Origin: Candidatus Heimdallarchaeota archaeon
GTDB lineage: Archaea > Asgardarchaeota > Heimdallarchaeia > Heimdallarchaeales > Heimdallarchaeaceae
Assembly: GCA_019057815.1 (NCBI GenBank)
Contig: JAHLWR010000003.1
Location: 32,001-96,000 of the forward strand
DNA length: 64,000 nt
Direction: 5' to 3'
Shown here: positions 40,749-51,375 of the stretch, piece by piece
Layout of the letters: every line of letters starts with the position of its first letter
How positions within the stretch are numbered: position 1 is the stretch's first letter
Translations under genes and position numbers: made by a program
The notes under the pieces: generated by a model
What the model was told of the DNA's origin: nothing
Databases searched by the model: none
What the model saw: only the letters and a program-made list of their open reading frames with translations

Positions 40749-41639
40749 GTGACACTCTCTCTTAAAGGAGCAAAAATACTCAAAGATTTATCTATTAAAG
40801 ATATACGTGTTTTACAAATGGTGGAAACCTTACTTAAAAGAGGAGAATATGCTCCATTTGAGAAGATAGCTCTTTATTCTGGATTTAGAGAAAAGGATGT
40901 AGATATAATGATATCTAGACTCCACAAGTTTAAATTATTACAAAGGTGGAAAGGACATTACGTAGGTTACACTCTAACTTTTGCAGGTCATGATGCTCTT
41001 GCTTTGAATGCACTCTATAACAAAAAAGCTGTCTACGGTGTAGGTAGAGAGAGAGCAAAAGGAAAAGAGAGCGATATTTACTACGCTATAGACTTCGAAG
41101 AAAATGAGGTTATAATCAAAATTAATAGAACAGGAAGACCTAGTTTTCAACATATAAGAAAGAAAAGAGATTTCTTGGATGGAAAATTCCACTATTCGAT
41201 ATTCTTTTTAGCTGCTATCTCTGCTCAGAGAGAGTATAGTGTTCTTTCTAAGTTACAGAAATCAAAGCTTTCTATTCCTAAAATCATAGATTACAACAGA
41301 CACATTATCGTAATGGAATCAATTCCTGGAACAGAACTTGTTAACGTCCGATATCTGAAAAACCCTTTGAAAGTTCTAAAGGAAACCATCGAATTTGCAA
41401 AGAAACTTTACAAAGACTATCATCTTGTCCATGGTGATTTAACCGAATATAATATCCTTTATGATGAAAAAAGAGAAAAAATTACAATAATAGATTTTCC
41501 ACAAACTATTCCTTCTGATCATCCAGAAGCAATGAATTTTCTTTCTCGAGATTTTGATCACTTATTTGACTTCTTTGGAAAGAAATGGTCTATAAGTATG
41601 GAATTAGAATCAGTAATTGACTACATCACAAAAAAATAG
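40749..41639 (+). CDS. rio2: RIO2-type serine kinase
   Basis: N-terminal winged helix with GYTLT..G.D.LAL, GKESDIY, HGDLTEYN, IDFPQ. Confidence 0.93.
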   Translation: MTLSLKGAKILKDLSIKDIRVLQMVETLLKRGEYAPFEKIALYSGFREKDVDIMISRLHKFKLLQRWKGHYVGYTLTFAGHDALALNALYNKKAVYGVGRERAKGKESDIYYAIDFEENEVIIKINRTGRPSFQHIRKKRDFLDGKFHYSIFFLAAISAQREYSVLSKLQKSKLSIPKIIDYNRHIIVMESIPGTELVNVRYLKNPLKVLKETIEFAKKLYKDYHLVHGDLTEYNILYDEKREKITIIDFPQTIPSDHPEAMNFLSRDFDHLFDFFGKKWSISMELESVIDYITKK

Positions 41640-41642
41640 CTG

Positions 41643-43769
41643 GTGATAATAATCGTAAAAGAAGAATCGATAATTATTGGAGTAGACATTCTTCCACAGA
41701 CATCGCCTTTAAGAAAAAATTACTTTGCTGTTTGTGTTTATGATGTCAAACAAGAAAAAGTGCTGATGGAGTTTGAGAGAGTTAATATTCACAAACTCCT
41801 AGGGATAACAACAAGCGCCAAAGCGCACTTGTTAGCAACTGACAATATATATGAGCTTGTATTTTCTCCCTCACAAATTCCTTTTCTTTGTACCAGACTT
41901 TTACCAGTAACAAAATTAGTTCAGGTTACAGGTTCACCTATCCACGGTTTTACTCCTCTATCACAATTAATGAGAAATCACGGAATGAAAATATCTGGAA
42001 AACTAACTCCACTAAACGCAGCAAAGGCTTGTGCTTTTTTGGCTAGTAAAAAATTAGGGTATATTATAGAACCTTTTGAAGACGAAACAAAAATAATCGT
42101 TTCTAGAACTAGATCAAAAGGAGCTGGAGGTTGGTCTCAAGCTAGATATAGTAGACTGATGGATACATCAGTAAATCAAGAAGCTAAAAAAGTTGAATTA
42201 ATTCTAAAAGAGCAGAGCTTTGATTATGATAAAAACACAGCTAAGAGCAAATATGGAGCTCAAAAAGTTATTTTTAACATATATGCTCCTTTTAATGAAG
42301 TTACAAAAGTTATCAAGAAACAAAAAGGTGAGATATGTAAAATTAATGTTGTACCTATAAACAAAGAAAGAGTAGAATTTATCCCTCTTTCTCAAGAAGT
42401 TACAGAAAAATCCAAACTTAAACGATTAATAGTAGGTATTGATCCTGGATTAACAGTTGGACTATCTATTCTAGATTTAAGAGGTAGGGTCGTAAAAATA
42501 GCCAGTTTTAGAGAGGTGAGTAGAGGTCAAATAATACGAGAAATAACCCGTTATGGGAAACCTACAATTATTTGTTGTGATGTTTATCCTTATCCCAGCT
42601 ACGTTGAAAAGATTGCAGCAACTCTAAGTGCTAGAATTTACGCACCAAAGAGTGTTATGACTGTCGCTGAAAAAAACGAAATGTCTAGAACACTTGCATT
42701 GCAACAAGGTATATCTGTTAAAAATGCACATCAACGAGATTCTTTGGCAGCTGCTTATAGTGGTTATAAAAAATATAGAGGCGAATTTGACAAAATTGAT
42801 AAAAAATTCTTTAATGATTTTAACCAAACTTTACGGGATGAAATCAAGAATATGATCGTAAAAGGCAGTTCGATTTCTGATGCTGAACAATTTATAAAAA
42901 AAGAATTAGTGGAGGAACGATTACCAATAAAAGCTCCAGCTGACATTAAAATTATCGAGAAGGAACCCACTGAAGAACAAGCTGATTCATTGATTCAAAG
43001 AATAAATTTACTCGAAGAACTCTTAGATTTTGAAAGAAGAAAAAACACTGAATTCTATTCTGAGAATAAGGAACTAGAAATAAAAATCGAATACCTTCAA
43101 GAGAAGCTTGAAGAAGGGAAAACAGATTATTTTAAACAAATATATCGAGAGAAAATAATAAGACAGAAAGATAATTTAATCTCTTCTTATAGTGAAAAAA
43201 TGAGATTATTAGAAAGAGAAATGGAGTTTTTTGCAGATAGAATAGAGGAGCTTAAACGAGTAGCTTGGTTGAGAGGAAATGAAGGCTGGACTCCACTGAA
43301 AGTAATTCGAAAGTTTTCTCAAGATGAAATTATGAAAACTGAAAAAACTTATGGTCTAGGTCCTGGGGATTCGGTCTACATCTTGGACACAACAGGTGGA
43401 GGAGGGCAAACAGTTGAACTTTTACTTTCCTACAAAATTAAAGCTGTAATAGGTAATATCGATCAATTTTCATATTATGCAAAGGAAAAATTAGTTGAAT
43501 TAAATGTCCCCATGGCTGATTCTAGTAGTGTAGAAATTGTAAGAATAGATGAGATTGCCATTATTAAGGAAGAGGATCTCAATAATATTGTAACAAAAGC
43601 TGAGAAAGATTTAGAAAAAATTCAAACAAAGAAAAAAAAGGGTTTTCTTATTAGCTTGCTTGAGGAGTACAGAGAGGAGAGACAGAAAGAATTTGAAGAA
43701 TATGACGAGTTAAAGAAGCAGAAAGAACATAGAAGGGATAAAATCGATTATACTCGTGAAAATGAATAA
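41643..43769 (+). CDS. DUF460 family protein (RNase H-like domain plus coiled coil)
   Basis: ATDNIYEL, LVQVTG, GGWSQARY, IVGIDPG, HQRDSLAAA. Confidence 0.9.
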   Translation: MIIIVKEESIIIGVDILPQTSPLRKNYFAVCVYDVKQEKVLMEFERVNIHKLLGITTSAKAHLLATDNIYELVFSPSQIPFLCTRLLPVTKLVQVTGSPIHGFTPLSQLMRNHGMKISGKLTPLNAAKACAFLASKKLGYIIEPFEDETKIIVSRTRSKGAGGWSQARYSRLMDTSVNQEAKKVELILKEQSFDYDKNTAKSKYGAQKVIFNIYAPFNEVTKVIKKQKGEICKINVVPINKERVEFIPLSQEVTEKSKLKRLIVGIDPGLTVGLSILDLRGRVVKIASFREVSRGQIIREITRYGKPTIICCDVYPYPSYVEKIAATLSARIYAPKSVMTVAEKNEMSRTLALQQGISVKNAHQRDSLAAAYSGYKKYRGEFDKIDKKFFNDFNQTLRDEIKNMIVKGSSISDAEQFIKKELVEERLPIKAPADIKIIEKEPTEEQADSLIQRINLLEELLDFERRKNTEFYSENKELEIKIEYLQEKLEEGKTDYFKQIYREKIIRQKDNLISSYSEKMRLLEREMEFFADRIEELKRVAWLRGNEGWTPLKVIRKFSQDEIMKTEKTYGLGPGDSVYILDTTGGGGQTVELLLSYKIKAVIGNIDQFSYYAKEKLVELNVPMADSSSVEIVRIDEIAIIKEEDLNNIVTKAEKDLEKIQTKKKKGFLISLLEEYREERQKEFEEYDELKKQKEHRRDKIDYTRENE

Positions 43770-43792
43770 AGAAAAATGTAGAATAGGGAAGA

Positions 43793-44023
43793 TTATTCCT
43801 TAATTGAAAGTTGAACTAACAAGATGTTGTTTCCTCTAACAAATATGCTCCCATAACGAGAAACTTCTTCATCGTCTATAATCTCAACAGCTTCAGAAAG
43901 ATGGCAGTTCATATATTGGTCAAAACTCTCAAGTTTTCCTTTATACTTGACATTATCTTTTAATCTTATTATGATAAATTTTCCTAATGCTTTTTTTAAT
44001 GTACCTATCGGAAAGCTGCTCAT
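43793..44023 (-). CDS. Sm-like archaeal protein (Lsm/SmAP)
   Basis: GKLESFDQYMN.HL..A.E and VRGNNI. Confidence 0.95.
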   Translation of the reverse strand: MSSFPIGTLKKALGKFIIIRLKDNVKYKGKLESFDQYMNCHLSEAVEIIDDEEVSRYGSIFVRGNNILLVQLSIKE

Positions 44024-44109
44024 ATGTTACACCTTGTTCAACTAACTGAAGATATTGCCAAGTGGGATGTTTAAAAACATTTTGATGGCAAATTAGTGTT
44101 TTTGAGTTT

Positions 44110-45603
44110 TCAGTCTATATCATAAGCTTTTGCGGATTCTTCTAAATCCATTGTCTGAAGAGCACTTGTTTTTCTCTTTCTGATACTAACGAAAATAGGG
44201 TGGTTTACAGCATTACCAACAATAATAGCTTCCCCTATTCCTAAAGTTGTTATTGAATCCATTGTTTCTCTATCAATACCTTCTGAAGATCTACCAATAA
44301 AATCAAGATCATAGGGATTCACAATTCTCATTATTACGTGGGTGTTGCATTGGCTCAGTGCTGTTGTGGATAGTTTCACCGGTCTTTGACTTATCAGAAC
44401 TAGGGAAATGAAGAACTTCCTTCCTTCTCTCGCAATTGTTTCGATTATTGGTCGGGATAGTCCCATATTAATGCTTGCTTCAGGAGCGAATTGATGTGCC
44501 TCCTCTACAATTATTGTTGTTGGCGGAATCTTGCCTTTCTTTCGTAAATCAAAAAGTTGAGTGAGAAAATAGCTCATTATTAACTGTTTTTTCCTTAAAC
44601 TAGTGAAATCACTTAAATCTACTATTAATAGCTTTCCTGCTTTTATATCATCTTCTAAAGAAGGTTTCTCAACCTGACCAAAAAGTTGTGTAGATTCAAG
44701 AGTATAAAACCACCCAATTAGTGCTTCTTTACTTCTTTGATTGATATTATCATCGTTTTCTATTTTTTCAATAATATCTTTAATCAGATAACTTTTGCCC
44801 TGTTTTGTATTTGTTACGTATAATTTTCCTAAAATTCTATATAACTCTCGAACTTGGACAGCTGACATTTGAGGTTGAAATGATGCAAACTGTCCTGCTG
44901 TTAATTTATGCGTAGCAAATTGAATAAACGCGCCTGGAAAGAATTCAATTTTATCTTTGAATTCCGAGGAATCATCACTTAATCCTTTATATTCACCATG
45001 AACATCGAACAAAATTACAGCTACTCTTCCTTGCTCTTGACTCCTTGATAATAGTTCTTCCAAGATTATTGAAACTGTGTAAGATTTTCCAGCTCCTGAT
45101 ATAGCCAGTAAAGCTGTATGTTTTTGTAAAAATCTTGTTAGGTTAACTTTTACTTCTAAATTATGATGAGCAATTTTACCTAAAAACAAACCGTTTTCTG
45201 GGTCAAGCCCGAGAAATTTTGATAGAGTACCAGTATCGGGAACATATACTGTATCTCCCGGTGAAACAGGATAAAGTAAGCGTTTTATACCTATTTCTGA
45301 AAATATCCCCAAGGGTTTTGCTTGTGCAATAATATATTCCCATGAATCGACAGGAAAAATCGACGCTAATGTTTTACCGCTAGTTTCGTATGCTTTTACA
45401 GCTGAAGGGGATGAAAAATATCTGTTTGTCTTGAAAACATTTAGAACTGAAGCAATAATTTCTCCTTCTTCTGATTGAATAGTTACATACATTCCTTTCT
45501 GTAAACGGAAATCTTCTTCTGACTTTGTTAAAACAAAACTAAATTCGGATGGGTTTGGAGTTTCTTCGGCAACAATTACTGTTCCTATACTTTTTCCTTT
45601 CAT
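44110..45603 (-). CDS. herA: HerA helicase/ATPase
   Basis: HTALLAISGAGKS, DVHGEY, EEAH, IAREGRKF, SQRP; adjacent to nurA. Confidence 0.92.
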   Translation of the reverse strand: MKGKSIGTVIVAEETPNPSEFSFVLTKSEEDFRLQKGMYVTIQSEEGEIIASVLNVFKTNRYFSSPSAVKAYETSGKTLASIFPVDSWEYIIAQAKPLGIFSEIGIKRLLYPVSPGDTVYVPDTGTLSKFLGLDPENGLFLGKIAHHNLEVKVNLTRFLQKHTALLAISGAGKSYTVSIILEELLSRSQEQGRVAVILFDVHGEYKGLSDDSSEFKDKIEFFPGAFIQFATHKLTAGQFASFQPQMSAVQVRELYRILGKLYVTNTKQGKSYLIKDIIEKIENDDNINQRSKEALIGWFYTLESTQLFGQVEKPSLEDDIKAGKLLIVDLSDFTSLRKKQLIMSYFLTQLFDLRKKGKIPPTTIIVEEAHQFAPEASINMGLSRPIIETIAREGRKFFISLVLISQRPVKLSTTALSQCNTHVIMRIVNPYDLDFIGRSSEGIDRETMDSITTLGIGEAIIVGNAVNHPIFVSIRKRKTSALQTMDLEESAKAYDID

Positions 45604-45607
45604 TTTT

Positions 45608-46765
45608 TCACCTTGTAAATGGAGATCTTGCTCTTCTTTTTTGGAGAGAGAAACTAGAATATCCTATTTTTGAAGCTATTTCATCTATTAAAATATCAGC
45701 ATCAACCTCTTGTAATCTGGCCCGTGCATCTGCTTCAATTATTACGCTTGGTAACCCGTACTCTGGGTTATGTTTGGATACTGAAATAACTAATGCTGAA
45801 ATTGATTGAGACAAATCTTGGGGGTTTGAAAAAAGAATGGGGAATTCTACTCTCAAAGGAGTATCATATTCAGCTGTTTTAAGATAAAAGCAGTGAATAT
45901 CGAAATCAGGCAAGTTTTTATCGAATTTCTCATTGAAGTTTGATAAGTAAAACTCAAATGTTCGCTCATTCTGGTCTAAAACTTGGAATAATAGATCTGT
46001 ATCCCGTAATTGCCTTATTATAGGACGGTAGTCTATTTCTAGAAGCTTTTCAAATTCTTTAAGTTTGCTTAAATGCGGTAATAAGTGCGACATTTTTTCA
46101 GTCAAAATAGCTGATCTTGAATCTTTCACAATCCCACATAAAGAAGTATGATGTTTTTGGCAGAGAGAATATAGTTGTCTGTATAATGTTTTAAGGTTCA
46201 GGTACTGATGAACAAGAAATTCACTGTGATTAATCACCTTATAATCAATATATGGCAAAACAGAACCATCAATAATAATAATATCTGGAAGATCCTCTTT
46301 AACCAAGGAAATTGCACATTTAATCTCTTTTTGCATTCTCCAAATCGATATTAAACTTTCAATCTCATTCTGATTTAATGGTTCAATACTGGTTACAATA
46401 TCAGGGAAAGGATTCTCTTCAGGAAAATATCTAACTACTGGGTTACTGTTAGGTAAATAATAAAAAAGAACACCAACAGCACGTATTAATGCAATATCAA
46501 AGAAATTCAACGATCGATGGATAATACCTCCATCTACACCTGCGATTTTAAGTCCTTCAATATTTGTCTCAGGACAGTTCACTACAAACGATTTATCTGT
46601 TGTTTTAAAACCAAAAGAGTCTGGAAACTCAGTTGGGTTAAGAGAATTTTTCACACTTCGAAATAAATTTTGAAACAACCTTCTATGCTCGTTGTATCTA
46701 AGTATTTGTTGAGAAATTTTGTCAATAGCACTATTTATTTTGTCCTTAAGATGCATACTCTCCAC
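45608..46765 (-). CDS. nurA: NurA nuclease
   Basis: AGVDGG, IIDGS, GIVKDS, RVEFP, YGLP..I.EAD.RA. Confidence 0.88.
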   Translation of the reverse strand: MESMHLKDKINSAIDKISQQILRYNEHRRLFQNLFRSVKNSLNPTEFPDSFGFKTTDKSFVVNCPETNIEGLKIAGVDGGIIHRSLNFFDIALIRAVGVLFYYLPNSNPVVRYFPEENPFPDIVTSIEPLNQNEIESLISIWRMQKEIKCAISLVKEDLPDIIIIDGSVLPYIDYKVINHSEFLVHQYLNLKTLYRQLYSLCQKHHTSLCGIVKDSRSAILTEKMSHLLPHLSKLKEFEKLLEIDYRPIIRQLRDTDLLFQVLDQNERTFEFYLSNFNEKFDKNLPDFDIHCFYLKTAEYDTPLRVEFPILFSNPQDLSQSISALVISVSKHNPEYGLPSVIIEADARARLQEVDADILIDEIASKIGYSSFSLQKRRARSPFTR

Positions 46766-46821
46766 AATCTTCGTATACAGTGTTCTAATAATAAAGACAT
46801 TTTTTTGGTATAAAAACCAGT

Positions 46822-48429
46822 TTATTTTTTCCTTGAAAGAGCTGATTTGATAAATTCAAAATATGGAGGTGAGGGATTGTTGGGTCTAGATTGAAATTCA
46901 GGGTGGTACTGTGTTGCTATGAAATAGGGATTTTCATCAATTTCTAAAGTCTCCATTCTTCTTCCATCTTCAGATTTTCCTGAGAATACAAGACCATTTT
47001 TCTCTAATAACTCAATATATTCAGGATTAACCTCGTATCTGTGTCTATGTCTTTCGAAAATTGAAGTCGATTTGTATATAGCTTCAAATCTGGATCCTGG
47101 ATTGATCAAAACCTTGTGTTTTCCTAATCTCATGGTTCCTCCTTTTCTCGTAATTGTTTTTTGTTCAGGTAGTATATCAATAACAGGATAAGGCGTATTA
47201 GGGTCAATTTCTGCAGTGTTAGCCCCTGCTAAATTGCATACATTTCTCGAATATTCTATCACAGATAATTGAAATCCATAACAAATGCCTAAAAATGGGA
47301 TTTTATTTTCTCTTGCATATTTTATTACATTTATTTTTCCTTCAATTCCTCTAGAACCAAATCCACCTGGAACTAGTATGCCATCATACTTGTTTAGTTC
47401 CTTTATTCTGTCTACATTGTCTTCAAAATCTTCAGTATCAATAAATTCAATATTAACTTGAGCATTATTATGGGCTGCACCATGTTTAAGGGCTTCTTTA
47501 ACACTAATATAAGAATCAGCTAGACGAGTATACTTCCCAGTTATTGCTATATTTATAGTATTATCTGCATGAAGGAATTTTTCGATTATTCTCTCATCTG
47601 CAGACCAATCTGCTGAAACATCTTCATATCTAAGCTTTAGGTTCAGTGTTGATCCTAAACCTTGTTTATCCAAGTAAATAGGGGATTCCAGAATGTGTTC
47701 AAGATCTGGAAGGGAAAATACTGCATTAGCGGGAACATCACAATACATGATAATTTTTTCTTTTGCTTTCTGTGTAAGATCTTTTTCTCCTCGAGCAATA
47801 ATTATATCTGGGTTCAACCCCATAGATTGAAGTTCTCTGACAGCATGTTGAGTTGGCTTTGTTTTCTGTTCATTTAAATTGGGAGGTATCATAATATATG
47901 TTAAAAGAACTAAAAGCGAATCATTACTAGACATTTCTCTTCTAAGCTGCCTAAGAGCCTCCAAAAAGGGTTGACTTTCAATGTCACCAATGGTACCCCC
48001 TATTTCAATAATAAGAACATCAAGATCTGGGTCTCTATCAGCTACTTTCTTGACACGACGTTTTATTTCATCAGTAATATGAGGAATTACCTGAACTGTC
48101 TTGCCAAGAAAATCTCCTCTTCTCTCAGCTTCAATGACATTAAGGTATACTTGACCAGTTGTGATATTTTGATCTTTTCTCATTTCTAAATTAAGCATTC
48201 TTTCATAATGGCCAAAATCAATATCAATTTCTGAACCATCAGATGTAACATAAGTTTCACCATGTTCAAAAGGGTTCATAGTGCCTGCGTCGATATTTAG
48301 GTAAGGGTCAACCTTAATTACATCAACTTTCTTACCACGAATTTGGAAATTTCTTCCTATAGCTGAGCTAACTACTCCCTTACCTAACCCTGATATTAAA
48401 GCTCCACAGACAAAGATATATTTAGGCAT
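46822..48429 (-). CDS. pyrG: CTP synthase
   Basis: SGLGKG, DPYLNID.GTMNP.EHGE, KTKPTQH, GICYG, RHRHRYE, HPE. Confidence 0.98.
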   Translation of the reverse strand: MPKYIFVCGALISGLGKGVVSSAIGRNFQIRGKKVDVIKVDPYLNIDAGTMNPFEHGETYVTSDGSEIDIDFGHYERMLNLEMRKDQNITTGQVYLNVIEAERRGDFLGKTVQVIPHITDEIKRRVKKVADRDPDLDVLIIEIGGTIGDIESQPFLEALRQLRREMSSNDSLLVLLTYIMIPPNLNEQKTKPTQHAVRELQSMGLNPDIIIARGEKDLTQKAKEKIIMYCDVPANAVFSLPDLEHILESPIYLDKQGLGSTLNLKLRYEDVSADWSADERIIEKFLHADNTINIAITGKYTRLADSYISVKEALKHGAAHNNAQVNIEFIDTEDFEDNVDRIKELNKYDGILVPGGFGSRGIEGKINVIKYARENKIPFLGICYGFQLSVIEYSRNVCNLAGANTAEIDPNTPYPVIDILPEQKTITRKGGTMRLGKHKVLINPGSRFEAIYKSTSIFERHRHRYEVNPEYIELLEKNGLVFSGKSEDGRRMETLEIDENPYFIATQYHPEFQSRPNNPSPPYFEFIKSALSRKK

Positions 48430-48467
48430 ATTATTCGTTTTTCAAAGTTGAATATAAAGTTATCAGT

Positions 48468-49034
48468 TCAAATCTCATTATGTAGAATTTTAGGTTTTTT
48501 CACTAATTCTTTCCATTTTTCTACTGCATCTACCACTATTTCATACAACCATTTTTCTTCAGGAGTAAAGTTCCTAGTCTTACTAGTGATGTTTTTTCCT
48601 TTCTCTGCCATTTTTATTATTTTGGAAAGCCTTACCGTCATAAATTCTCTAATTTTCGTTTCTATTGATTGTTGTTGTCTAAACGATATCACTTTCTCTT
48701 TCTTCTGTAATTCATCAAATGTTTTGCGTGCTAAAATGTAGAAGAATTGGTCAATCTTTTGAAGGCTTATATTCTCTCTCTCTTTCCGTGTGACTTCATG
48801 TAATTCTGGAAAATCAAAATCAGATAAATCTTCAATTGTTACATAATCTTCTTTCGCTAGTACTATAGCTAGCCAATATGGCAATTTAATTTTTACTCCT
48901 TCTGTAAGCTTGATTTTTCTTTCTCCCAAATTAAATTCTTCAAGATTTTGCTTACATATAACTGTGATTTCAAGGGTCTCAAAATCGAGTTGAATTCTTT
49001 CAAGCTCATCTGATAATAGATTTTCATCTAACAT
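48468..49034 (-). CDS. GINS subunit, Gins23 (Psf2/3-like)
   Basis: N-terminal B domain (KLPYWLA), LQKIDQFFY, R..KII, FTPEEK.LY; near mcm. Confidence 0.88.
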   Translation of the reverse strand: MLDENLLSDELERIQLDFETLEITVICKQNLEEFNLGERKIKLTEGVKIKLPYWLAIVLAKEDYVTIEDLSDFDFPELHEVTRKERENISLQKIDQFFYILARKTFDELQKKEKVISFRQQQSIETKIREFMTVRLSKIIKMAEKGKNITSKTRNFTPEEKWLYEIVVDAVEKWKELVKKPKILHNEI

Positions 49035-49076
49035 GTTATCAAAAATAAGACTCTGAAAATAGTTTTAAAACATTGC

Positions 49077-51335
49077 TTATTTTGTGAAAAAATCTTCTAA
49101 ACTCTTCTGAGATTGAGAATATTCGCCTGAATTCTCTTCAGATTCTTCACTAGGTAATTCTTGTAACATTTCAAGAGACTTTTTTTCACCAAATAAATGG
49201 TTGTAAATTGATTTAACTATCTCTGTACCAATACCTGGTATTTTCTGCATTTCTGTTGGATTTGTCTGTTTTATTATTTCTTGAGAAGAATAACCTTTAT
49301 TGAACAGCAATCTAGCTCTTACTCTTCCGATTCCAGGGATGGAAACAAGGTCTAGAAGTTCTTCTTTTATACCATTTATTACTCTATTATGAAGAATTTT
49401 AGTTTTTGCTGCAACTTCAGAATACCCAAGTAACTTAGCTATCTCATTTGTAGCATAAAGAAGCCATTCAGCATTTGAAACAACTGAAAATACGTCACCA
49501 CTACCTACATTATATCGGTCCAAAATGCTGTCCTCTGAAGTTTCCGTTATCCAATCTTGAATAATGAAAGCTGTTTTTAACTGACTCATAAATAGTTCAA
49601 GTTCAAAAGGCGATGAAGGAAGTTCGGTTAGAAACTCTTCGTCGTGCTTCGACATAATGTTTAAGATAGGAATTTCATCCGATTTTTTTATGCTAATAAA
49701 ACGTACATCAGGAGTTGAGCACACTAAGTGAAGTAGACTTAAATCAGTTAGAAATTCTTTTGCCATAATTTTGGAACGATTTAACCCATCTCTTATGATT
49801 ACAGCGCTTAATGGATCAATGTACAGCTGACTAGCTCGCTTCCCAAAACTTGTAGCATCTAAATAGTCAGGATCTTTAATAATCAACCCCTCTTCTTTGA
49901 GGTAGTCTATAACTTTTATTAGGATTGAAGCTAAATTATAAGTGTCCTGTTGGTAACCGTAAAATGTTTGACTAAAGAAATCATTCAGTTCTTCCAAAGA
50001 CTGAACATTTTCAGTAGCAATTTGACCTAAAACTATTCTTCTTAATGCAGGTTCAGCAGCTATGCGCGATTCTATTTCTTCAGTCTCACCAATTAAATAT
50101 CTTTGAAATAGTTTCTGTGCTTCAATTTCACTTTTTGCTATAAGAATAGCATCTCCTTCTTTATCAAACTGTGGTCTACCAGCTCTCCCAGATTGTTGTT
50201 TAAACTCTAAAACAGGGATAGGATAGCTTCCTAATGTAACATCGTATCGATAGATACTTTTTATAACAACATATCTAGCTGGTAAATTTACTCCTGAGGC
50301 AAGAGTTGGAGTACTGGTTATTATTTTGATATACCCTCTTTTGAAACTCTCCTCAATAAACCTTCTCTGTCCTAAGTTTAATCCTGCGTGATGAAAGACT
50401 GTTCCTTGTCGAATTAAACTTGCAACTTCCTTTGACTGTTTTGTTTGTTCCCCTTTTTTGATGAGTTCATTAGCTATTTCATTTAATTTTAGTCTTTCCC
50501 CCTCTTTTAAGGTACTTGAAACTCTTCGAGCTATTTTCTTAGCTATTGATTCAGTCATATTTCTTGTTGTTCCAAAAACTATTGCTTGGTGATTATTTGT
50601 GAGAATATAATTCAATAAATTGTCAAAGCTGTCTTTGTATCTCATTGGAATTGTTTTTTCGCTTCCATCAGCATAGATAATATTATTACCATAGACAACA
50701 CCTTCATTTAATTTTACAGAACGCCAATCACTAGAAACTAATTCTGCTTCGAGCCATCTTGCTATTTGATCAGCGTTTTTTATAGTTGCACTCAATGCTA
50801 TTATTTGAGTCTCTGTTATCTGACGTAGTTGAGCAATAACAACCTCTAAAGTAGGTCCTCTATTCCTATTGTTAATCAAATGAACTTCATCTACTATTAT
50901 AATACCTAATTGTCTAACCCATTTTGCTCCATGCCTGAGCTCAGAATCTATTTTTTCATTTGTTGCAATGATTACATCTGCATATTTTGCTTTTTGATCT
51001 TCTTTATCATAGTCTCCGGTTAATATAACGGTTTTTTTACCCAAAGAGTCAAAAATACGTTTGAACTCCACATATTTCTCATAAGCTAGTGCTCTTAATG
51101 GAGCTAAATAAAGTGCTTTCATACCTTTCTTTTCAATATTGTGAACACAAGCTAGAAGTGCTAAAAGCGTCTTACCTGAAGCTGTAGGAATTGCTATAAC
51201 TAAGTTATTATCTTCAAAAAGACCTTTTTTTACAGCTTCTACTTGAGGAGGATAAAGCTTTTTTATGCCCTCTTCTTTAATTAAGTCAGCAACTTTCTGA
51301 GGTATAGGTAAGTCATCAATATCCATAAATCTCAC
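49077..51335 (-). CDS. hel308: Hel308/Hjm Ski2-like helicase
   Basis: LYPPQ, PTASGKT, DEVH, SAT, FHHAGL, GVNLPA, GRAGRP, GIGRVRAR. Confidence 0.94.
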   Translation of the reverse strand: MRFMDIDDLPIPQKVADLIKEEGIKKLYPPQVEAVKKGLFEDNNLVIAIPTASGKTLLALLACVHNIEKKGMKALYLAPLRALAYEKYVEFKRIFDSLGKKTVILTGDYDKEDQKAKYADVIIATNEKIDSELRHGAKWVRQLGIIIVDEVHLINNRNRGPTLEVVIAQLRQITETQIIALSATIKNADQIARWLEAELVSSDWRSVKLNEGVVYGNNIIYADGSEKTIPMRYKDSFDNLLNYILTNNHQAIVFGTTRNMTESIAKKIARRVSSTLKEGERLKLNEIANELIKKGEQTKQSKEVASLIRQGTVFHHAGLNLGQRRFIEESFKRGYIKIITSTPTLASGVNLPARYVVIKSIYRYDVTLGSYPIPVLEFKQQSGRAGRPQFDKEGDAILIAKSEIEAQKLFQRYLIGETEEIESRIAAEPALRRIVLGQIATENVQSLEELNDFFSQTFYGYQQDTYNLASILIKVIDYLKEEGLIIKDPDYLDATSFGKRASQLYIDPLSAVIIRDGLNRSKIMAKEFLTDLSLLHLVCSTPDVRFISIKKSDEIPILNIMSKHDEEFLTELPSSPFELELFMSQLKTAFIIQDWITETSEDSILDRYNVGSGDVFSVVSNAEWLLYATNEIAKLLGYSEVAAKTKILHNRVINGIKEELLDLVSIPGIGRVRARLLFNKGYSSQEIIKQTNPTEMQKIPGIGTEIVKSIYNHLFGEKKSLEMLQELPSEESEENSGEYSQSQKSLEDFFTK

Positions 51336-51375
51336 TGTTTTTTTGAAACTACTAATGTAAGGATTTCAGAATGTT